Positions 40,295 to 49,739 of a stretch of DNA of 64,000 bases are shown one piece after another; position 1 is the first letter of the stretch, and every line of letters begins with the position of its first letter. The notes below the pieces were generated by a model, which worked only from the letters and a program-made list of their open reading frames with translations, ran no database searches and was not told the origin of the DNA. Origin of the DNA: Bdellovibrionales bacterium (GTDB lineage: Bacteria; Bdellovibrionota; Bdellovibrionia; Bdellovibrionales; CAYMLA01); the NCBI GenBank assembly GCA_965217115.1, contig OZ244239.1, forward strand, positions 416,001 through 480,000. Direction: 5' to 3'. The translations under genes were made by a program, and so were the position numbers.

Positions 40295-41182
40295 ATGCTT
40301 AGAATTATTACGAAAACAACCTTAGTCTTTTTGGTTTTATCAAGCCAACTTCAAGCTAGTGATCAAGAGCTAAAATCTTATTATGATCTTGTTACGCAAA
40401 TAAAGCAATTACGTGATCAGATCAAGGTCTCACAGTTGGTGGCGAGTGTTGAAACTTCACTCTTGAAAGTTCTCGATGAAAAAATAACAGGTCGATATAC
40501 GTCTGAGAACAATACGAAGGCTTCAGGTTTCTTTCCTTTAGGAAGTGAAGATGCTTTTGTCCTCATTCCTTATTCGGTCACTTATACCAATAAGAAGCTC
40601 CATTCTTACACGAAGATGGTAGCTCGTAACCTGAAAGAGATCAGTGGCTTTTCTCAAAAAAAGCAAGATGATTTTCTAAAGTTGAATCAAAACCTCCAAC
40701 AATATGTTGAAGATCATATTGTGGAAATCACGAATATAAAGGTTCTTACAGCAAGGGCTTTGATAAAGATGTTGTCTCTGATGGATCAGGGGTATGCTTT
40801 TTCAATCAAAGAAGCACAGAATGTCATAAACATGGCTCTTTTTATTGATTTTTCTGGGATGCAAAATGTCAGTGTCTGTACTCAAGTTAATTATGCTTCT
40901 TACATCAAAGAGCAATCTGAAACTGAGTTATCAGGCTATTTTGGTATTTTTATTAGTGGTCATTCCTATAATAAAAAGACCAATGAACAATTTGCTTATT
41001 CTGAAAAAACTTGTGACCCACCCTACTCTGTTGAATCTAGTGTAGGAACTTCTCAGCGTATCGACTTGAGTTATGTAGATCGCTCTTTAAACACTTGGGC
41101 TAAGACGGTTTTCCTTAAGATACTTCTTGAACAAAAAACAGACATTGTATTCCCTGATTTTGGGAGTCCGTATTATCATTAA
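40295..41182 (+). CDS. Secreted hypothetical protein
   Basis: AAGGAG RBS before ATG 40295; signal peptide. Confidence 0.75.
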   Translation: MLRIITKTTLVFLVLSSQLQASDQELKSYYDLVTQIKQLRDQIKVSQLVASVETSLLKVLDEKITGRYTSENNTKASGFFPLGSEDAFVLIPYSVTYTNKKLHSYTKMVARNLKEISGFSQKKQDDFLKLNQNLQQYVEDHIVEITNIKVLTARALIKMLSLMDQGYAFSIKEAQNVINMALFIDFSGMQNVSVCTQVNYASYIKEQSETELSGYFGIFISGHSYNKKTNEQFAYSEKTCDPPYSVESSVGTSQRIDLSYVDRSLNTWAKTVFLKILLEQKTDIVFPDFGSPYYH

Positions 41183-41434
41183 TTTCCCGTCATTCACGAT
41201 TAATCATCAGCTTTTCTAGAAAAGGGACCAACGGAGTTCCCTTTAGTAAAAAATATTTTCCCAATGATAACAGTGAAAAAGAGGCCCTGAAATCAGGACA
41301 CAATAAATTTTGAGGAAGAAAACAAAAATCCAAGAAAGCTGTAAACTAGTGATCATGCTACAAGTTCCCTAGGACTTTGATCTCTAGCTAAGGTTGTGCG
41401 AGTAAATTGTTTTTCATCTTTGATACATATACAA

Positions 41435-42547
41435 TTACAATGAATTTTTTGTTTTCTTGAGAGTAGAGTCTCCAAGCATAAGAGACATACCAAATAAAGG
41501 AGGCATTTCATTTGATTTTAAACTAGGGTTTACATCAAATCTCTTAATGTCACCACTTTCTAAGTCAAGCCATGCATTTTCAACTCTACTAGTTAAAATG
41601 TCTTGATTCATCTTAGTGACATGAAATTTATCTTTTAGAAAAGTTCTAATCTCATTTATCTGTAACCGGGAACCATTATTACCACCAATAAGTGTTACTT
41701 CAAGTTGATGGTCTTCTGGTTTATCTTCATTTGATCTAGTAAGCTCTCCACCAGCCTTTTTGAAATGATAACTCATCTCATATATTGACCTTCTTATATT
41801 TGCTCCAGCATCGACATGGGCCAAATAACCAACTTTATTTTTGCGATCATATATAGCAACAATAATACATGGACCTGCACCAAAGGTTTTTAAGCCTTTT
41901 ATATTGCTGTCTTTATCATATTTTCTAATTGCATACCCTCTCTGTAAAACTCCCAAAGCATTGTCACTGTCTTCAATAGTTCCTCTTTCAAAATTTTTTA
42001 CAGGAACAATGGAGTTTTCCAAAACTCTTTTTTTTCTTTCACTTTCTAAAAACCTTTCGTGACGTGCGAGATTATCTGGGTCACATTTGGGATCAATATT
42101 AAGAGTTTTTGCGAGCCTTTCAACTCCCTTTAAGCCTCTAACTAAGGAAATTGCTACCTGTGGTGACTCTCCTGTACCTCTAATTCGGATTATTCTTTTA
42201 ATTTTATTTGAAGCATCTAATTCCATATAGATAAGATTGTTCTCAACACCTTCTATTCTTAAGGCTGCACTAGGATAATTAAGATAAATTGATGTCTTTG
42301 GAGAATATGTGAGAGTAACACCGTTTTGATTAAAGATGTTAGAGAAGTTCTCTGTACTCACTAACTTAGGATCAACACCAAAAACTTCAAAAAAATCTTC
42401 ACCAATAACCGTTGAGTCTGCTTTTAGGAGATCTTGAACCATTCCTTTTGAAGAAGGTGTTTTGTCAGTAACCTCATAAAGAGACTGTCCTTGCGCGGTT
42501 AAAGATAAAATCAGGCAGATACTATAGGTTTTTATACGAACATTCAT
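41435..42547 (-). CDS. Secreted protein with a C-terminal CheD/CNF1-like deamidase domain
   Basis: Signal peptide; TFGAGPCIIVAIYD...GYLAHVD and VTLIGG match the CheD-type Cys/His pattern. Confidence 0.6.
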   Translation of the reverse strand: MNVRIKTYSICLILSLTAQGQSLYEVTDKTPSSKGMVQDLLKADSTVIGEDFFEVFGVDPKLVSTENFSNIFNQNGVTLTYSPKTSIYLNYPSAALRIEGVENNLIYMELDASNKIKRIIRIRGTGESPQVAISLVRGLKGVERLAKTLNIDPKCDPDNLARHERFLESERKKRVLENSIVPVKNFERGTIEDSDNALGVLQRGYAIRKYDKDSNIKGLKTFGAGPCIIVAIYDRKNKVGYLAHVDAGANIRRSIYEMSYHFKKAGGELTRSNEDKPEDHQLEVTLIGGNNGSRLQINEIRTFLKDKFHVTKMNQDILTSRVENAWLDLESGDIKRFDVNPSLKSNEMPPLFGMSLMLGDSTLKKTKNSL

Positions 42548-43039
42548 ATAGCATTATCGACAAAAACTAACTTTTGTTTAAGTTGTAATGGCTTTTATTA
42601 AATTTATATTTTCAAGCACTTAGCATTATCAAAGTTCAATCTCTTCAAGACATTGGTCTAGGCCTTTTAATTCTGTTGGCTTCCTCAAAATAGCATGAGG
42701 TCGATAGCGATAGTTTTTCTTATCCGTAGCATTGATGCCACCGGCAAAAATAATTATGGCTGGAGATATAAAAATTTCTTCAAATGAAGACTTTGAAACA
42801 AAAGTCACAATAGAGCTTCCAAAGGCTGTCAAACCAACGTGGGCCAGTTCTGAGATTAACTTTGATGGGATAGAAAACAGTGTGATCTTAGACGATGACG
42901 AATCCAGGGCTACATATCGCTGAGAAGGTGTCTTGCAAGAATTCATACTATATAATATAGTTAGCAATGGCTTTCAATATCCAATTTTACAAAGACTAGT
43001 AAAAACGATAGACTTGAATCTTCTTCCAAAGGGAATTAT

Positions 43040-44767
43040 ATGAAACTTAAAAAAATTGAAATATTTCGTTTTAGAAAATTCTTTAAGCGAACAACAGTTG
43101 ATATAGCTAATTACACTGTACTTGTTGGCCCTAATAACGGCGGAAAATCAACAATTTGTGATGCATTAGAAATTTTTTTTAAAAACCTGGATCATTTTAC
43201 TGATAAAACAATAGTATCTACTGATTTTAGACGTCGCCTCAGAACTAGGTTCTCGAGAAGAGGTGAAACAAGAAGAGCACGCTATGACTCAATACTTGAT
43301 TACCCAGTCGAGCAGAAAAAAGGTCGTATTTGGCCATCTGCTTTTAAAGGTACTTTTACGTTAACAGAGAATGAAGTTAAGCACTTCAATTCAATAGAGT
43401 GTCAATTGTACGAAGATAATGAATTTGAAATTGAGTTTTCTTGGTGTTATAAAACAAATAGATTTTTTCCTAATATTCCTAAAGGAGTTGATGAAGATAA
43501 GTACATTGAAGGAGTTAAACTTGTTGCGCAATCATTCAAGTTAATTGTCATTCCTGCAGTAAGGGATCAGTCTAACCTTAATTATAATCTTGAAACTTTG
43601 TTTGAAGAGGCTATTGAATCTAGGTTAGAGAAAAGTAATCAACTAAAGAAAATAAACAAACAACTTCATAAATTAGTAGATCCACAAATTAAAAAATTAA
43701 ATAACACCTTAGAAAAATCAATCAAACAACTAATACCAGAAATTAGGAAAGTAGAAATTGATTGGACTCTAGATGTATTACCAAGAGCTGATCTTGGAAA
43801 AGTTATTGTTGATGATGGCCAAGAAACCCCTCTTTCTTTAAAAGGAGATGGCATCAAAAACCTTGTTCAAATGGCTCAACTTACAAACTTGGCGGAAAAA
43901 GTCGATGACAAAAAAGAGGACTTAAATAGAAGAACAAGAATATTTATAATCGAAGAACCTGAAAGTCATCTTAATTCATCTTACCTTCATCCTCTAAGAG
44001 AAAAATTAAAAATCCTTGCAAATAATGACCAATTACTAATTACAACCCATTCTCCTGTTTTTGTTGAAATGTATAATAGAAATTCAATCAGACTAGTAAA
44101 AGAAGGTAACGCTACCATCCCTAAAGCCAAAACGAATGTCGCAGAAGCATTGGGAATAAAAATACAAGAAAATCTACGTTCCAATTTGATTGCAATAATA
44201 ACTGAAAGCAAGAAAGATATCTTACTAATCAAAAAATCATTTGAAATATCTGAAGGAGGAAGAGAGATATTACAATCCATTGACTTTATTTCTGCGGAGG
44301 GAGCATCAAAGATAATAAATATGAAAAGCTCTATTGATACCCTATATGAACACATTTTTATTTTATTAGATAATGATCACGAAGGAAAAGAAGCATTAAA
44401 AAATTTAACAAAATTTGGCTCTTTAAAATCTAATATATTTATAACTCCAAAGAATGATGGTTATAAATCTAGTGAACTCGAAGACTTTTATCCAATGACC
44501 GAAATACAGGATATGATAAAAGTTGTTTTCAAAAGGGACTACGAATTAGATTCCTTAAAATCTTCAAAAAAATTAAAAAAAGCTAAATTTAGTACATGGA
44601 TTGAACATTTTTCTAATAAACATGGCCTACCAATTAGTAGCGCTGGCGCTTTTAAAGCAATTTTATATGAGAGGCTAGAGGAGAAAAAAAACCTTCAGAT
44701 AACCGGCGATGGTCTTCAGTTTTTCCAAACAATGCTTTCTTCAATAAGACAGGCCATTGGACGTTAG
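43040..44767 (+). CDS. OLD-family ATP-dependent nuclease (ABC ATPase + TOPRIM)
   Basis: GPNNGGKST, KGDG, IEEPESHL, ITTHSP; TOPRIM TESKKD, LLDND, ELED. Confidence 0.85.
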   Translation: MKLKKIEIFRFRKFFKRTTVDIANYTVLVGPNNGGKSTICDALEIFFKNLDHFTDKTIVSTDFRRRLRTRFSRRGETRRARYDSILDYPVEQKKGRIWPSAFKGTFTLTENEVKHFNSIECQLYEDNEFEIEFSWCYKTNRFFPNIPKGVDEDKYIEGVKLVAQSFKLIVIPAVRDQSNLNYNLETLFEEAIESRLEKSNQLKKINKQLHKLVDPQIKKLNNTLEKSIKQLIPEIRKVEIDWTLDVLPRADLGKVIVDDGQETPLSLKGDGIKNLVQMAQLTNLAEKVDDKKEDLNRRTRIFIIEEPESHLNSSYLHPLREKLKILANNDQLLITTHSPVFVEMYNRNSIRLVKEGNATIPKAKTNVAEALGIKIQENLRSNLIAIITESKKDILLIKKSFEISEGGREILQSIDFISAEGASKIINMKSSIDTLYEHIFILLDNDHEGKEALKNLTKFGSLKSNIFITPKNDGYKSSELEDFYPMTEIQDMIKVVFKRDYELDSLKSSKKLKKAKFSTWIEHFSNKHGLPISSAGAFKAILYERLEEKKNLQITGDGLQFFQTMLSSIRQAIGR

Positions 44768-44819
44768 ATTTTTTTAGATAAAATTAACTTTGAACATGTA
44801 GCGATTATAGGTCATTATT

Positions 44820-45683
44820 ATGAATCACGAGAAACTCAAATTATCCTTAATAATATTTATCGAAAAAATTAATAGCGGAATTTTCTCATATGAAGATGTT
44901 GTTACATTTCTTTCTAGTATTCGTTTTGAAGATGAGGTCTTCTACAGAGGTATTAGTGCCAACAATAACTACCTACTAGACATTGCTCACATTGCAGCCC
45001 ATCAATTGAAAGACAGAGGACTCATAGTAAAAAAGCTAAAAGGATTTAAAATTATATCACAGTATATTGAAGAGGCTAATTTAAATAAAACAAAAAACTT
45101 AACTATTGATAAATTCCCCAAAGAAACATTTGAGTCTATATGTTTCATTTATAATGATGATTTGAAGAGTTACTACAAAAAACAAAATAATTTTTATCAT
45201 CTAAAACAAAAGAGATCGTACATAAGAAAGGCAAAACGCATTTTAAGAGATGTATTCTGTACATATGATATGCTCTATCCTCTTGTTTCAAGAGATGACT
45301 TATATGAAGACTTCATAAAGTGTTTGAATTTTTTTAGAGGGAAGCTATCTTTGCCTGAAATTAATAAGATCAACGAAAACAAAAAAAATGAACTTTTACT
45401 TTGTTTCTCTTATGTATTATTTAAATCGAAAATCTATGTAGGAGAGGGCGAAGAATATATAGAACCTGATTTTTCTATATCTAGTGGTAAATTAAATTTA
45501 ATGTGTAAATTGAATTTTGTTAAACATCCTATGATAAATATGACAGTAGGAAATGGAGTTGGACTATCAGCCTGTGTCATAAATTTAGGTATAGATGCTG
45601 AATCTGTGAATTTTGATCCCGATTTTGAAAATATAATAATCCAGCGAGATGATGACAATGATCTTGTTTTTAGAGATCTGTAA
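44820..45683 (+). CDS. Hypothetical protein downstream of the OLD nuclease
   Basis: 287-aa AT-rich ORF, co-oriented, 52-bp gap. Confidence 0.7.
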   Translation: MNHEKLKLSLIIFIEKINSGIFSYEDVVTFLSSIRFEDEVFYRGISANNNYLLDIAHIAAHQLKDRGLIVKKLKGFKIISQYIEEANLNKTKNLTIDKFPKETFESICFIYNDDLKSYYKKQNNFYHLKQKRSYIRKAKRILRDVFCTYDMLYPLVSRDDLYEDFIKCLNFFRGKLSLPEINKINENKKNELLLCFSYVLFKSKIYVGEGEEYIEPDFSISSGKLNLMCKLNFVKHPMINMTVGNGVGLSACVINLGIDAESVNFDPDFENIIIQRDDDNDLVFRDL

Positions 45684-45726
45684 ATAAACAGATGTTTTAT
45701 TTACCAAAATATTTGTATATTTGGAA

Positions 45727-45795
45727 TAACTTATCAAATCTGTTTTATGAGCATCTACGGCTTTATTGACAAGATCTTGTGACATTCCGTAGATG
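45727..45795. repeat. 69-bp dispersed repeat, copy 2
   Basis: Matches 38434-38502. Confidence 0.9.
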
Positions 45796-45843
45796 TGTGT
45801 TTTCCAAGACAATTCTTTTGTAAGCACGAATGACCTAATGCAA

Positions 45844-46758
45844 CTACTGCACAGCCCCACTGGGTTCTTCTGGTGATTGAAGACTTCCCTCTTGTCTCTG
45901 GTCGAGGGCTCTTTTAGCTATTTTATGGCAGCCATTGGATCTTTTGCTATAACAATTGCCTTTTGCATAGTAGGCCTGACTATCACCACTATTGATAGAT
46001 ACACCTGTTTTTGCTCCAACGGGGCAGATAACAGTCGATGAGTTTTCTCCAAGCCCTCCTAGAGTGGCTAAACAATAACCAGCGTCCACCTTACCCACTT
46101 GAGTCCTAGGGTCCCCTGCACGATCACCCATTTCCATAAAGCGTTTATCACAGTCCAAAATTCTTGCAGGCTCAGATTTTTCGAATAAATACTTCCCGCA
46201 GTAATTCCTCCTTCTAGAAGGTTTCCTATCCCCACTTCCTGCACCCATAAAGCACTTTGCTACAGCCTGAGCTTCTTCCTTTGTTAAGTTTCTCTCCTTG
46301 GCGAAAAGGGTTCCTATGATCGATCTCTCTTTAGTCATATCAATATGACAGGCGTACATGGCGTAATCCTGTAAAGTCTTCTCCATAACCTCTACTTTTT
46401 GAAATATAAACTTCCCCCCTTTACTAACCATAATCTCTAGACCATTCTCGCAAGAGGCTTGGGTGATTTTTCCTTTAACTCCCTTTAGAACCCAACTAAC
46501 AACACCATTACTCACTTTTTTTATTAAACGGCCATTGTTATATTCTATTTTATTTATATAGTTGCCTTCCTCCTTCCGTGGATACTCCCCAAGACCACAC
46601 ATCTTTCCTTGGACATCAGTCACCCAACTCCATGGAAGCCCCTTTAATTTGATTTCAAATATTTCAGGATCTCGCATTTTATCTAGGACACCACTCATCT
46701 GGTTCCCATAGGATTGATTGACTAATATTAAACATAGAATCAATAACAGATTTTTCAT
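45844..46758 (-). CDS. Secreted Cys-rich hypothetical protein
   Basis: GAGGGGAG RBS, signal peptide, about 10 Cys in the mature part. Confidence 0.75.
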   Translation of the reverse strand: MKNLLLILCLILVNQSYGNQMSGVLDKMRDPEIFEIKLKGLPWSWVTDVQGKMCGLGEYPRKEEGNYINKIEYNNGRLIKKVSNGVVSWVLKGVKGKITQASCENGLEIMVSKGGKFIFQKVEVMEKTLQDYAMYACHIDMTKERSIIGTLFAKERNLTKEEAQAVAKCFMGAGSGDRKPSRRRNYCGKYLFEKSEPARILDCDKRFMEMGDRAGDPRTQVGKVDAGYCLATLGGLGENSSTVICPVGAKTGVSINSGDSQAYYAKGNCYSKRSNGCHKIAKRALDQRQEGSLQSPEEPSGAVQ

Positions 46759-46981
46759 TTCTCCCCTCAATCAAGTCACCCATAGACAAATCGGAATAAT
46801 TGAGAAAAATCTATAATTTTACACAGGCCTCTTATTGTCAGAACTTCTGCAAAGAGAGAGACGAATAAATTCACCTGTCTTATTTTCAAATAAAACCCCG
46901 TCCTTAGTTTAGGTAAAATGAGCTTAATTTTAGTTTCGCGGGGAGAATTCCGATACACTAACTAGCCGCTAAGGAGTTTGT

Positions 46982-47380
46982 ATGCAAATAGTTTTACTTT
47001 CCCTATTTAGCTTGATTTTTATTTCCTGCACTGGAGTGAAGGAAAAAGTCACATCTACAACGGTGCAAAAAAGAACTATCGCCCATACGCAAATAAATCG
47101 ACGCATGCAGGTCTTAGTAGCTCTTTCAAGGTTAGTCCTTAGGGCTGATATAGGTGAGAGAAGAAATATTACGGGCCTTATAAATAATTTATCAGCTGAC
47201 TTGATCACAATCAGAAAAGGGGGCGTCGTTAAAACAAGGCCTATTATTCCGTCGAATTTTATTAAGAATTGTCCCGGCCCAGGCTGTCCTTCGCCCAGCA
47301 CTGTTAGCGGTAAAAATTGGACCCTAAAAGATTATAAAACTCATTTACAACTTTATAATCTGGGTGTGGCCTACCACTAG
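46982..47380 (+). CDS. Putative lipoprotein
   Basis: AAGGAG RBS; lipobox-like FISC. Confidence 0.65.
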   Translation: MQIVLLSLFSLIFISCTGVKEKVTSTTVQKRTIAHTQINRRMQVLVALSRLVLRADIGERRNITGLINNLSADLITIRKGGVVKTRPIIPSNFIKNCPGPGCPSPSTVSGKNWTLKDYKTHLQLYNLGVAYH

Positions 47381-47457
47381 GTAAGTCACCCATTATAATT
47401 TCCCCTGGGATTTAGCTTTTTTTTCTATTAAAGCTAAAAGCCCTTGCCACCCCTGCC

Positions 47458-48255
47458 TTAAAAATCAAGGCTCGGTGTTAAGAAAAAATTAGTTTTCATT
47501 TGATTGGGGGTGTCAGTGTCACATTCTCTTTTAAATTTTTCAGCTCTTTTTCTTAGCTCGCCATGATCTCTTGGGTCAATTCTTTCCAAGGCTTCCTTTA
47601 AGCTTTGATCTACGCTGTTTTTGCAAAGAGCTCTGGCTTCATCATCTTGAGAGGTGGACGACATGGCCAGGGTTTCTTCGTCACAAACGGGGCTTTGATT
47701 TTGGTCTAGACGGCCATCGTAAAGAGCTAAAACATTATAAACCTCTGCCTTATAAAGCCCTATCCCATGAAGCTCTACCCCATCTGTCTCGTCACTAATA
47801 ATCATAGGGGTAAAGCTAATTTGGCAGATTTCATCATTGTTTAATAATTTAACCGTCGCTTCGCCGGTCTCTCCGTCAGGGTGTAAAATAGTGGCGATGA
47901 ATGTTTGATTTACATTCTCTGAAAAATAAACCTGTTCTATATCTAGACCGGGGCAATCGATTAAATTTTCTCTGTCGTCAAAACAGTTTACAGCTTCTGG
48001 GTATTTAAAAAAATGAGATCTTAAAGGGAGGCTCCTATTTATATCGTGATCATCATGGAAATAGAGAGTTTGTCCACCTAGCCGTTGAAACATTTTTTGA
48101 CAATCAATATTGGATTTCCCTTCTCTATCTAAACTCCGCACAGGAAAATTGACTCTCCCCTCTCCCATAGGGCGACACTGTGTGCTGTTGGAGGAGACAG
48201 CCAGTGCAGAAGGGCTCTGCAACAATATAATTAAGCCGAGTATAAATAATTCCAT
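47458..48255 (-). CDS. Secreted hypothetical protein
   Basis: GGGAGAG RBS, signal peptide ending ALA, multiple Cys. Confidence 0.7.
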   Translation of the reverse strand: MELFILGLIILLQSPSALAVSSNSTQCRPMGEGRVNFPVRSLDREGKSNIDCQKMFQRLGGQTLYFHDDHDINRSLPLRSHFFKYPEAVNCFDDRENLIDCPGLDIEQVYFSENVNQTFIATILHPDGETGEATVKLLNNDEICQISFTPMIISDETDGVELHGIGLYKAEVYNVLALYDGRLDQNQSPVCDEETLAMSSTSQDDEARALCKNSVDQSLKEALERIDPRDHGELRKRAEKFKRECDTDTPNQMKTNFFLTPSLDF

Positions 48256-48570
48256 AGACTCTCCCAGCACTGTCTGTAACACGAACGCGGGCAGGTTAGC
48301 AGAGAGACATCAGAATATGTAAAATTTACTCCCCATAATAGCATCAGCCCCTTGATGATCGATAATTCAATGCAAGGGGCCTCTCGGGTCTCCACGGTGC
48401 ATCTTTACTTTAATTACATTCCTAAATTGCTTCGACATCCAAAATATTTCGTGTTGACCAAATCCAAATTGCAGGGGAAAATAAAAGTCTCAAACCATTT
48501 AAAATGGCTTCCGTAGAACGGAGCTATCTCGTAAAGGTGGCTTGATTTTCCAGGGGATTGAAATAGGCCT

Positions 48571-49137
48571 ATGAAAGTGTCGGGACTTCTTTCGAAAAAT
48601 AAGGCATGGGCTTTTGAAAAAACAGAGGCAGATGCAAGCTTTTTTACAAAGCTCTCTCAAGAACAAAAACCGTCTATTTTTTGGATCGGATGCTGCGACT
48701 CACGAGTGCTTCCTGGAGAACTCTTTGATTTTTCTTTAGGAGAGGTGTTTATGCACACCAATATTGCAAATCAAGTGGACATGAATGATTTAAATCTAAT
48801 GAGCGCTTTAGATTATTCAGTCAATGTCCTTGGGGTTGAGCATATTATCATTTGTGGCCATACTTGTTGTGGCGGGGTTCAATCGGCAATTGATGACAAT
48901 GTCTCTGATGTCCTGGGTGAATGGCTTAAACCCCTCAGAGAGCTCTATAGAGAAAATAAAGGATTAAACAGCCAGACTCTCAGTGCATTAAATATCAAGA
49001 GACAGGTTGAAAAAATATCCAACTGTGAACTGATACAGAGTTCTTGGAAAAAAAGAAAAGCCCCCCAAGTCCATGGTTGGATGTTTCAATTAGAAGATGG
49101 GATTGTTAGAGAAATTTGTTCTTCTTCTAGTTTCTAA
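48571..49137 (+). CDS. can: Beta-class carbonic anhydrase
   Basis: WIGCCDSRV, NIANQV, CGHTCCGG. Confidence 0.93.
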   Translation: MKVSGLLSKNKAWAFEKTEADASFFTKLSQEQKPSIFWIGCCDSRVLPGELFDFSLGEVFMHTNIANQVDMNDLNLMSALDYSVNVLGVEHIIICGHTCCGGVQSAIDDNVSDVLGEWLKPLRELYRENKGLNSQTLSALNIKRQVEKISNCELIQSSWKKRKAPQVHGWMFQLEDGIVREICSSSSF

Positions 49138-49199
49138 ATTCACTCCGTCTCAAATGCCCCCAAATATTAAAGACACGCTCATTACACTTTTATTGATTC

Positions 49200-49229
49200 T
49201 TGACATAACCCTTTGAGGTAGGGTACAAT
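49200..49229 (+). promoter_or_regulatory. Sigma70-like promoter with a dyad in the spacer (candidate metal-responsive operator)
   Basis: TTGACA-18 nt-TACAAT containing ACCCT-N7-AGGGT, upstream of the efflux operon. Confidence 0.45.
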
Positions 49230-49236
49230 ACTATCA

Positions 49237-49671
49237 ATGAAACTTCTCGTGATCTCGATTTTGTTTTTTTTAAATGGGCAACTTTTTGCTGGTTCCTGCT
49301 TGCCCGGCTGTATGGATAATGGGCCTCAGGCTAGCGGAGTTCAGGGGAAGCACTCCCAAGTCAAATCAGACTCTTCAGAGCATAACTGCTGCCCTAGCCC
49401 TGAGAAAAAAACATCGCCGAGCAATCAGCATTGCAAAATGAACAGTTGCATCAGCTCAAAGGCTCCTGATAATTCCACACTGAATTCTCAAATTGAGATC
49501 GTCACAAAACAACCTACGCCTGAGATCTTTTCCAAACTCACTGTTGATACCCCTTTAAAGGAACTCACTGTAAGAGCATTCCCATCAACTCACTTAAATA
49601 CAAATCACAGGCCTATCAAGGTCCCTCTTTACATCTATTTTCAAAAGCTTCTTATTTATTCTATTGCCTAA
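49237..49671 (+). CDS. Cys/His-rich exported protein preceding the heavy-metal RND operon
   Basis: Signal peptide; CLPGCM, HNCCP, HCKMNSC. Confidence 0.65.
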   Translation: MKLLVISILFFLNGQLFAGSCLPGCMDNGPQASGVQGKHSQVKSDSSEHNCCPSPEKKTSPSNQHCKMNSCISSKAPDNSTLNSQIEIVTKQPTPEIFSKLTVDTPLKELTVRAFPSTHLNTNHRPIKVPLYIYFQKLLIYSIA

Positions 49672-49739
49672 ATTGAATTGCCAACGGCTTAGAACCAATG
49701 GGTTCTAGCTATCAGCATGAAACAATTTAGGAGGATGGA

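Noticed and set aside
43040..45683. Gabija
   Set aside because: The downstream gene lacks UvrD helicase motifs.
31228..48400. Prophage
   Set aside because: No structural, terminase, replication or integrase genes recognised.
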